From: Bacillota bacterium
GTDB lineage: Bacteria > Bacillota > Desulfitobacteriia > Desulfitobacteriales > Desulfitobacteriaceae
DNA: 26,076 bases
Reading direction: 5' to 3'
NCBI GenBank assembly: GCA_023390635.1
Contig: JAEWCM010000171.1
Location: 1-26,076, forward strand
The first letter of the stretch is position 1. Each line of letters starts with the position of its first letter. The notes under the pieces are model-generated. The model saw only the letters and a list, made by a program, of their open reading frames with translations. It made no database searches and had not been told where the DNA came from. The position numbers and the translations under genes are program-made. This document shows, piece by piece, positions 18,458 to 26,076 of this stretch.

Positions 18458-19831
18458 ATGAAATCAGATGATCAAACCATTTTATCAGGTAAAGGAATAA
18501 ACAGTTTTATTATTATCGGCAGTATATTAATCTCAGGGCTGGTCATGTATCTTTTGCCTGATATCACCGATTTATTTTCCCCTATATTTTTTGTTATTAT
18601 TGTTTTATGCGCTTTAAATTTCAGCAGAAGTGCTGTTCTTACCATTGTATTTATTATTGCCTGTCTTACTCTGGGAAGAATCATTATTGAAGGGGAAGAG
18701 TACCGGTTAATCTCTTGGGGTTTCAGCAGCTTAGGTATGTTAATCATAGGGATACTTGTCAATCATTACGTGGAGTCAATGAAAAAAGTTCAGCGCTTTC
18801 ACGATGAAAGGAATGCCATTTTAGAGGTTTCTTCCACATTAACTAAAAATCTTAATATGGGATGTTTGACAGAACAGATTTTAGAGCACGCCTTTAAGAT
18901 GTTCTCTGCCGATGGATGCACACTCTACATTATCAGCGAGGATAAAAAAGAATTGATTCCGTTGGGGGCACAAGAGCAAAATCCTGATCCGGAAGTGCTG
19001 GATCAGATCAGTACTCACCGTCTGAAAGTGGGAGTAGGTGTGGTTGGCTGGGTAGCGGCTACCGGGGAAAGCGTAATCTCAGGAGATGCAGAGATGGATT
19101 ATCGTTCTGTTCATATTCCAGGTACTCCTTATGATTTGGAATCCTTGATTGCTGTACCTTTAATGTCTGAGGAAGAAACGTTCGGCGTCTTGGTGATTTA
19201 TAAGCTTCGTCTAAACGCTTTCACTCAGGAAGACCTGGAACTGGCTAAAATCATTGCCAATCAAGCCAGTATCGCTTTAGCCAATGCCAGACTTTATGAG
19301 CATGTGAGAAATTTATCGGAGACGGATAGTCTGACCGGGGTATGGAATTCGCGGCGCTTAAATGTCATTATCAATAAATTGATTGTGGATGCCAGTGAAA
19401 AAGGGCTTTCCTTATCCATGCTGTTCATTGACTGTGATGACTTTAAGCAAATTAATGACCGCTATGGTCATCCGGTGGGAGATCTTTTTTTGCGCTTTTT
19501 TGCTCAAGTCCTTCATGAGGGGATTAGAGAACATGATTTGATCATTCGGTATGCAGGAGATGAATTTGTTATTCTTTTACCTGATACCTCCAGTGAAGAG
19601 GCAATCGCGGTTGCCGAACGTTTAAAGTCTTTAATTGGTCAATGCCGGATGAAAGATTATCCTCAATTATATACTACCGTGAGCATGGGTTTGGCTACTT
19701 ATCCAGCCCACGCCCATGATGGAGAGTCTTTAATCCGCTACGCTGACGACGCGCTGTATAAGGCTAAAAAAAGAGGGAAAAATCAATTCGCCCTTTACGA
19801 AGATGGGGAAGATCAATATGGAGAACAATAA
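18458..19831 (+). CDS. Membrane-anchored GAF-GGDEF diguanylate cyclase (GGDEF variant AGDEF)
   Basis: 4 N-terminal TM helices. A central GAF-like region. C-terminal GGDEF domain (LFIDCDDFKQINDRYGHPVGD ... RYAGDEFVILLP). RxxD-type I-site not evident. Confidence 0.85.
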   Translation: MKSDDQTILSGKGINSFIIIGSILISGLVMYLLPDITDLFSPIFFVIIVLCALNFSRSAVLTIVFIIACLTLGRIIIEGEEYRLISWGFSSLGMLIIGILVNHYVESMKKVQRFHDERNAILEVSSTLTKNLNMGCLTEQILEHAFKMFSADGCTLYIISEDKKELIPLGAQEQNPDPEVLDQISTHRLKVGVGVVGWVAATGESVISGDAEMDYRSVHIPGTPYDLESLIAVPLMSEEETFGVLVIYKLRLNAFTQEDLELAKIIANQASIALANARLYEHVRNLSETDSLTGVWNSRRLNVIINKLIVDASEKGLSLSMLFIDCDDFKQINDRYGHPVGDLFLRFFAQVLHEGIREHDLIIRYAGDEFVILLPDTSSEEAIAVAERLKSLIGQCRMKDYPQLYTTVSMGLATYPAHAHDGESLIRYADDALYKAKKRGKNQFALYEDGEDQYGEQ

Positions 19832-22800
19832 GAGAGAGTTAAAGTATATTATCGGCCGGGCCGGTACCGGAAAAACTTCCTGCTGTATTGAAGAAATAAA
19901 CCGGGAAGTGGAACAAGACCCTTTGGGCCCTGGTATCATTTACCTGGTACCTGAGCAAATGACTCATCAGATGGAGATGTTTCTTACTGAAGTGACAGGT
20001 GGCACGATGCGGGTTCAGGTCCTTAGCTTCCGCCGGCTTTACCTGAAAATTCTTGCCGATCTGGGCAGAAAGCAAAGGGTACGGCTGGGTGAGTTGGGAA
20101 AGCGCATGATTTTGCGTAATATTCTTCTGGAGCAGAAAGGGGAGTTGAAAACCTTTGGCCGGTCGGTCGAGAGAGCCGGAATGGCCGATTTACTAGCCAT
20201 GACGTTAGACGAGTTTAAAGCTTATTGCATTAAGCCGGAAGATTTGCAAATAGAGGAGCAGGACCAGGCTCTTAAGAATAAACTGGACGATTTATTTTTA
20301 ATTTATAAAGAATTCCAGGCAAAGGTAAGTTCGGAAGGAATTGATCCGGCAGATGAACTGACAGTGTTGGCGGAAAACCTTTCCCATTGTCTGGAGCTAA
20401 CCAATTTTTCTGTTTGGGTAGACGGGTTTAAGGGTTTTACCCCGCAGGAGATTTCTGTTCTCAGTCAATTAATGAACCAGTGCCGGAAGGTCACCATTAC
20501 CCTTCCCTTAGAGCCTGGGATGGTAAAAAGGGCAGCATCATGCGAGGAATTTCACTTTAAACCGGGGGAAGAACTCTTCTCTGAGCCTTGGCAGACCTAT
20601 CTGTCCTTATCCCGTCTTGCCCTGGAGCAGGGAATATCCATTGCCACCCCAGAGTTCCTGGTGAAGCCCTGGCGTTTTAATACCCCTGAATTAAGGCATT
20701 TGGAGCAGTTCGCTTTTGTTTATCCCCTTCATCCCTTTGTTTCGGAAAGGCCAGGCCCCTTGGCGCTCCATCCTCAATTAGAGGTGAAATTCGCCCGCAA
20801 CCGGCGGGCTGAGGTGGAAGGAATGGCTCGAGAATTAAGAACGATGGCCAGAGAAAAGGGACTGCGTTGGAATCAAATCGCTGTATTGACCCGAGATCTC
20901 AGCCTTTATGATGATCTTCTGGTAAAGACGTTCAGTGCTTACCAGATTCCTTTTTTTATGGATTATAAACGGCCTATTATCCATCACCCTTTTATTGAGT
21001 TGATTTTATCGGCCATTGAACTGGCGGATTCTCAGTGGAGCTATGAGCCGCTTTTTCGTTGTTTGAAGACAGATTTCTTTCCTTTGGAAAGAGATAAAAT
21101 CGATCGTTTGGAAAATTTCTGTCTGGCTTATGGAATTGAAAACTATCGGTGGGAAGAGGATGGGGAATGGAACCATCTGATCGGCGATTCGGCTGCAATG
21201 GGGAATGAAAATGAAGACACTATCCTCCAGGCAGATATTAATCAGACACGCCTGGTCATCACCGGTATTCTTAAGCCTTTCTTGCAAAACATGAAAAAAG
21301 CCGGGAATGTTCAGGAATTGTGTGCCAGCCTATATCAGTTATTCACCTTGCTCAAAGTACCGGAAAGATTGCTGGAATGGGCGGAGAAGGCAAAAGCCTC
21401 AGCCCAGTTGACTGAAGCCAGACTGCATGAACAGATCTGGCAAAATATCGTTGCTCTTCTGGATGAAATCGTGACCAGTTTGGGTCAGGATCAATTGACA
21501 CTTGATGACTATGCACTGATTCTCTCTTCCGGACTGGAAAACCTGGAGATCGGACTGACACCACCGGGAATAGATCAGGTGCTGGTGGGGAGCTTGAATC
21601 GCTCCCGCAATCCGGAAGTGCAGGTGCTTTTTTTAATTGGAGCCAGCGAAGGGGTAATGCCTGCCGCTCCGGATCATTACGGTGTGTTTGCTCCAGAAGA
21701 ACGGAGGTGCCTGGAAAGCTCGGGCTTGAAGCTTTCTCCCCAAGATGAACGTCAGGTGTTTGATGAAGAGTATTATATTTATACCGGCCTGACCCGGGCC
21801 ACTCAAAAACTTTTCATTACCTATCCTTTAGCTGATGAAGAGGGCAAGGGAATCTCAGCCTCATTTTTGGTTAAGCGGCTGAAAGGATTATTTCCCGGAT
21901 TAACGGAAACAGGATGGGGCGAACAAGGATTGGATCTGATCAGCGCCCCTTATCCTTTACCGGAGTTTTATGCATCAAGAAGGGATCAGGGTTTGTCCGG
22001 CGCGGAGCATACCTTATGGGAGGCTGCAAGAGAGTGGATGGAAAGCCATCAAGAGGAGGCTCCAGGCTTTCAGATTCTCAAACAACCTTTCGGCAACGGA
22101 GAAGCAGAAAAGAAGCTGTCACGCTCCTTGGCCCGCAATTTATACGGCAAATCGCTGAAAGCCAGTGTTTCCAGATTGGAACTATTTAACCGCTGTCCCT
22201 TTGCCCACTATGCCCGTTATGGGCTTAAATTAAAGGAGAGACGTCTCTATTCCTTTACCTCTCCTGATATCGGAGAATTCTTTCATGCTTCTCTTCATGA
22301 TTTTGCCCTGATGCTCCGTGAACGCGGACTGGATTGGGGAAGCTTAAGTGAGGACGAAATCAAGAGCCTGGTGGAAGAAGTAGGGAATCAGGTGGCTCCC
22401 AGACTCCAGTCGGCCATCCTGCTCAGTAAGCCACGCTATCGTTTTATTACCCATAAGCTGAAGAAGACTCTGAGAAGGGCTGCCAGTATTCTGAAAGAAC
22501 ATGCGCGCAGAGGAGTATTCACTCCCATTGCTTTGGAAGCAGATTTCGGGAAAGGTGATTTTCCTGGTCCCCAAATGGCTTTGGAGGATGGAGATTCCTT
22601 AATGCTGCAAGGGAGAATTGACCGCATTGATGCGGGGCGGATTGACGGCAGGCTGTATTTGCGGATCATTGATTATAAATCGCGGGAAACGGATCTTTCT
22701 TTGGATAATATTTATTACGGACTAAATCTCCAACTCCTTACCTATCTTGATGTAGCTTTGCAGGGAGCGGAAATATTGATCGGCGCAGGACAGACAGAAT

Positions 22801-23393
22801 CAGGAACAGAGGAAGCTCTAAGCCCGGCAGGGTTCTTGTATTTCCCGGTAGTTGAGCCTTTATTGAAAAAAGATCGTCCCCTTACTGAGGATGAGTTAAA
22901 CAAGGAACGAATCGGGGCAGTAAAGATTCACGGTTATTTGCTGTCCGATCCCCACGTGTTGGAGGCCATGGATTGTGAGCTGAAAAACGGATCTTCCGAT
23001 CTCCTCAATATAAAGCTAAAAAAAGACGGAAATTTTACTGCTCATAGTAAGGTATTAAATCCCCGTCAATTTGAGCTTCTGCGCCGTCATCTTCACCATC
23101 TGTTCCGTACTTCGGGAAATGCCATGATGGATGGAGACATTTCTGTCTCTCCTTATCAAAAGGGACAGGGGACGGCATGTACTTATTGTGAATATAAAAC
23201 CTTCTGTCAGTTTGACCCGGAGTTAAAGAAAGATGGGTATCGCCTGCTTTCTGAAATCAAAGGGGAAGAGGTATGGAAGAAAATTGCAGAAGAGGATGAG
23301 GCGCCTGATGAAGGCAGCCTGTCTCTCGAACAGACGTATACCACACCTTGGTTGGGAGAGGAGGACAGCCGGAATGAATTTGACGGAAAATAG
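19818..23393 (+). CDS. addB: ATP-dependent helicase/deoxyribonuclease subunit B (AddB)
   Basis: N-terminal IGRAGTGKTS Walker A. C-terminal RecB-type nuclease with the Fe-S cysteine cluster (CPFAHY ... CTYCEYKTFCQFD). 1191 aa. ATG19818 has SD GGGGAAG. It overlaps the GGDEF gene stop by 14 nt. Confidence 0.93.
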   Translation: MENNKRELKYIIGRAGTGKTSCCIEEINREVEQDPLGPGIIYLVPEQMTHQMEMFLTEVTGGTMRVQVLSFRRLYLKILADLGRKQRVRLGELGKRMILRNILLEQKGELKTFGRSVERAGMADLLAMTLDEFKAYCIKPEDLQIEEQDQALKNKLDDLFLIYKEFQAKVSSEGIDPADELTVLAENLSHCLELTNFSVWVDGFKGFTPQEISVLSQLMNQCRKVTITLPLEPGMVKRAASCEEFHFKPGEELFSEPWQTYLSLSRLALEQGISIATPEFLVKPWRFNTPELRHLEQFAFVYPLHPFVSERPGPLALHPQLEVKFARNRRAEVEGMARELRTMAREKGLRWNQIAVLTRDLSLYDDLLVKTFSAYQIPFFMDYKRPIIHHPFIELILSAIELADSQWSYEPLFRCLKTDFFPLERDKIDRLENFCLAYGIENYRWEEDGEWNHLIGDSAAMGNENEDTILQADINQTRLVITGILKPFLQNMKKAGNVQELCASLYQLFTLLKVPERLLEWAEKAKASAQLTEARLHEQIWQNIVALLDEIVTSLGQDQLTLDDYALILSSGLENLEIGLTPPGIDQVLVGSLNRSRNPEVQVLFLIGASEGVMPAAPDHYGVFAPEERRCLESSGLKLSPQDERQVFDEEYYIYTGLTRATQKLFITYPLADEEGKGISASFLVKRLKGLFPGLTETGWGEQGLDLISAPYPLPEFYASRRDQGLSGAEHTLWEAAREWMESHQEEAPGFQILKQPFGNGEAEKKLSRSLARNLYGKSLKASVSRLELFNRCPFAHYARYGLKLKERRLYSFTSPDIGEFFHASLHDFALMLRERGLDWGSLSEDEIKSLVEEVGNQVAPRLQSAILLSKPRYRFITHKLKKTLRRAASILKEHARRGVFTPIALEADFGKGDFPGPQMALEDGDSLMLQGRIDRIDAGRIDGRLYLRIIDYKSRETDLSLDNIYYGLNLQLLTYLDVALQGAEILIGAGQTESGTEEALSPAGFLYFPVVEPLLKKDRPLTEDELNKERIGAVKIHGYLLSDPHVLEAMDCELKNGSSDLLNIKLKKDGNFTAHSKVLNPRQFELLRRHLHHLFRTSGNAMMDGDISVSPYQKGQGTACTYCEYKTFCQFDPELKKDGYRLLSEIKGEEVWKKIAEEDEAPDEGSLSLEQTYTTPWLGEEDSRNEFDGK

Positions 23394-26076
23394 GGGAACG
23401 TGGACCGAGGAACAATGGGCTGCCATCCAAAGCAGCGGAGAGGTTTTGGTTGCGGCTGCTGCCGGTTCGGGAAAGACGGCCGTGCTTATTGAGAGAATTC
23501 TGCGCCGGATTACCGATCCGCTGAATCCGGTGGATATTAACCAATTCCTTGTGGTGACGTTTACCAATGCGGCGGCTCAGGAAATGCGGGAAAGGATGCG
23601 TTCGGCCCTGGAAAAACAGCTGTTTGAAAGGGAAGGAACAGAGGCGGAAAATTTGATGCGCCAGCTTTCCCTTCTTTCTCAGGCCCATATCACCACACTT
23701 CACTCATTTTGCTTGGAGATTTTGCGACAGTATTTTTATTTGCTGGACTTAGATCCTACCTTTCGCGTCGCGGATGAAGCAGAAGCTCATCTCCTGCGTC
23801 AGGATGTTTTGGCAGACCTTTTCGATTGCCGGTATGAGGAAGAAGATCAGGTCTTTTTAAAGCTGGTGGACTGTCTGGGTTCAGATCGGGATGACCGCGG
23901 TCTGGCGGAGCAATTATTAAAAATTTATTTTTTCGCATATAGTCAGTCAGATCCAAAGCAATGGCTCGATTTTCTGGCCTCTGCTTACCAATGGGATGAC
24001 CTGGTGGATTTATTGGAGAGCCCTTGGGGAATGATTATCCGATCGGGAGCGGATGAGGAGCTTAAACAAATAACGGATCTGCTGAATCAAGCCAGAACTT
24101 GCTGTTTAGCTGCATCCGGACCTATCCACTATTTACCGGCCATAGACTCCGACCTGGAGCAGCTTTCCTGTTTAATGGCTCTTTTAAACCCACGAAGCTG
24201 GAAGGAATGGGAGGAGGGACTGGCAGCATTTTCTTTTGTTTCCTTACCTCGGGGAAAGGGAAAACAAGGGATTGACGATCCGGCGATGGAGGAAGACCTG
24301 CGAGAAAAGGTGAAAGGCCTGCGCGAACAGGCGAAAAAACAACTTGTTGGACTGAAGAAGGTCTTTGCCTTCCCACTGGAGAAGCAGTTGCCCTTTCTGA
24401 ATGAAATGCTGCCTTTGGTACGAAGGCTGTCTTCTCTTACCTTGGAATTTGCCCAGGCTTATGAAACTGAGAAAAGAAGACGCAATATTGTGGATTTTAC
24501 CGATATGGAGCACTTAACTTTGAAATTATTGGCGAGTGAAGGAAAACCTACGGCCATCGCAGAAAATTTCAGTCGTCAATTCCGCGAAGTTTTGGTGGAC
24601 GAATATCAGGACATTAATCCTGCTCAGGAATATATTCTCCGTCTGCTGTCACCCCGTTCGGGCCAAGGGAGTTTCTTCATGGTAGGTGACGTGAAGCAGA
24701 GCATTTACCGCTTCCGAATGGCTGATCCCACCTTATTTCTGGACAAATATAACCAATACCCCCATTGGGAGAAAGGAACGGAAAAATGGCGCCAGGAGGG
24801 ATTGGTCATTGATCTGGCCCGTAATTTTCGCAGCCGAAGGGAAATTGTCACAGGGATAAACGCTGTTTTTGCCCAGATTATGATTCCTTCCGTCGGAGAG
24901 ATTCTCTATGATGAACAGGCAGCCCTTCAATATGGGGCGTCTTATCCAGAGAGTGGAGGAGATCAGACCGGTGGTCCGGTAGAAGTACATTTGGTCGACC
25001 ACTCCAATCTCTCAGAGAACGAACAACGGGAAGAAGAGGAAGAAGAGGGGGCTGCTCCGAATGACGGGGAAGCAGACAATCCGGCAGGGATGCAAAAAGA
25101 AGCCCGTTTAGTTGCCAGGCAGATCCGCTATTTGGTTGAAGAGGAGAAAACCTTGGTCTTCGATAAAGCAAAGGGGGATTACCGACCTGCCGGCTATCGG
25201 GATATTGTTGTACTCATGCGCTCTTATGCATCGATGGCTCAGATCTTTGCCGAAGAATTTCAAAAAGCTCAGATTCCTGTGTACACTTCTGCCAAACAAG
25301 GCTATTTTGCTGCTTCAGAAGTTGAAATTATTTTAGCCTTGCTCCAAGTGATTGATAATCCCCGCCTCGACATTTCTCTAGCTTCTGTTTTGCGGTCTCC
25401 TATTGTCGGCCTGAGCGGTGAAGAGTTAGGGTATATCCGCACCTTGCTGCCCCACGGAGACTATTATGAAGCCCTCAGTCTTTTGGTATGGGAGAATTTA
25501 GGGGGATTTTCCCTTGATGCATCTTTGCAGGATGAGTTTCAAAGTATTCTTTTGCCCTATGAAAATAATCTGCAGGATTTGGCAGAAAAAAGCCGTGCTT
25601 TGTTAGAGGAATTTCCCCAATTAGGAGAAAAATGCGCTCGGTTCTGGACAAATCTCCAGGCCTGGCGCACTCATGCCCGCCGTTTTTCTTTGGCTGAACT
25701 GATCTGGCGTCTTTATCAGGATACAGGATATTTAAGCTATGTGGGGACTTTGACAGGAGGAGAGAAGCGCCAGGCTAATTTGAAACTTCTTTACGACCGG
25801 GCCTGCCGCTTTGAGTCCACTCATTACAGAGGGCTTTTCCGCTTCCTTCGCTTTATTGATAAGTTTAAAGAACAAGCTCAAGATTGGGGAGAGGCCAGGA
25901 CCCTTACAGAAAACGAAGATGTGGTACGATTTTTAACGGTGCACGGCAGCAAGGGACTGGAGTTTCCTATTGTTTTTGTGGTAGGCTTAGGCCGGACTTT
26001 TAACACCCGTAACTTGCAGGACACCTTACTTCTTCATTCCAGACTGGGGCTGGGAATGCCGAATATCGATTTGGAG
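23374..26076 (+). CDS. addA: ATP-dependent helicase/nuclease subunit A (AddA), 5' partial (continues beyond the window)
   Basis: MNLTENRGTWTEEQWAAIQ...AAAGSGKTAVL (UvrD/Rep helicase motif I). Later helicase motifs FMVGDVKQSIYRFRMADP, LARNFRSRREI, VHGSKGLEFPIVFV. The frame stays open to the window end. Start ATG23374 is preceded by GGAGAGGAGGA. It overlaps the addB 3' end. Confidence 0.9.
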   Translation, partial: MNLTENRGTWTEEQWAAIQSSGEVLVAAAAGSGKTAVLIERILRRITDPLNPVDINQFLVVTFTNAAAQEMRERMRSALEKQLFEREGTEAENLMRQLSLLSQAHITTLHSFCLEILRQYFYLLDLDPTFRVADEAEAHLLRQDVLADLFDCRYEEEDQVFLKLVDCLGSDRDDRGLAEQLLKIYFFAYSQSDPKQWLDFLASAYQWDDLVDLLESPWGMIIRSGADEELKQITDLLNQARTCCLAASGPIHYLPAIDSDLEQLSCLMALLNPRSWKEWEEGLAAFSFVSLPRGKGKQGIDDPAMEEDLREKVKGLREQAKKQLVGLKKVFAFPLEKQLPFLNEMLPLVRRLSSLTLEFAQAYETEKRRRNIVDFTDMEHLTLKLLASEGKPTAIAENFSRQFREVLVDEYQDINPAQEYILRLLSPRSGQGSFFMVGDVKQSIYRFRMADPTLFLDKYNQYPHWEKGTEKWRQEGLVIDLARNFRSRREIVTGINAVFAQIMIPSVGEILYDEQAALQYGASYPESGGDQTGGPVEVHLVDHSNLSENEQREEEEEEGAAPNDGEADNPAGMQKEARLVARQIRYLVEEEKTLVFDKAKGDYRPAGYRDIVVLMRSYASMAQIFAEEFQKAQIPVYTSAKQGYFAASEVEIILALLQVIDNPRLDISLASVLRSPIVGLSGEELGYIRTLLPHGDYYEALSLLVWENLGGFSLDASLQDEFQSILLPYENNLQDLAEKSRALLEEFPQLGEKCARFWTNLQAWRTHARRFSLAELIWRLYQDTGYLSYVGTLTGGEKRQANLKLLYDRACRFESTHYRGLFRFLRFIDKFKEQAQDWGEARTLTENEDVVRFLTVHGSKGLEFPIVFVVGLGRTFNTRNLQDTLLLHSRLGLGMPNIDLE

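Noticed and set aside
23223-23703. Minus-strand ORFs of 114 and 148 aa at the addB/addA junction
   Set aside because: Antisense to addB and addA, both of which show unambiguous helicase/nuclease motifs.

Overview
This 26 kb window looks like a chromosomal segment from a spore-forming Firmicute, probably class Clostridia. Supporting inference: overall GC is about 48%, it carries pyruvate:ferredoxin oxidoreductase, DUF1540 spore-type proteins, AddAB, many c-di-GMP enzymes and GGAGG-type ribosome-binding sites. Gene order is: PadR regulator plus co-translated membrane protein; a DUF3102-like gene split from a coiled-coil ORF by a single in-frame TAA; a membrane EIIC-like/EAL phosphodiesterase (minus strand); a YtrA/YhcF-type GntR plus ABC ATPase plus ABC-2 permease operon (minus strand); a divergent PatB/MalY-type PLP C-S lyase behind a 31-bp perfect palindrome; a 1179-aa PFOR (nifJ). 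A roughly 490-bp non-coding region follows nifJ, holding a long A/T-flanked hairpin and a 152-bp GC-rich imperfect palindrome. Then come a small hypothetical gene, an Arc-like RHH gene and an SPFH/band-7 gene (minus strand); an AT-rich two-gene islet (P-loop protein plus membrane-anchored protein); an ACT(UPF0237)/UPF0210 pair; two convergent DUF1540 genes; a GAF-GGDEF cyclase; and addB with the 5' part of addA. No tRNA, rRNA, CRISPR array or transposase was recognised. The most unusual items are the structured GC-rich intergenic element, the low-GC islet, the in-frame-stop DUF3102 locus and the SPFH/Arc/small-gene module with a start-codon-occluding inverted repeat.
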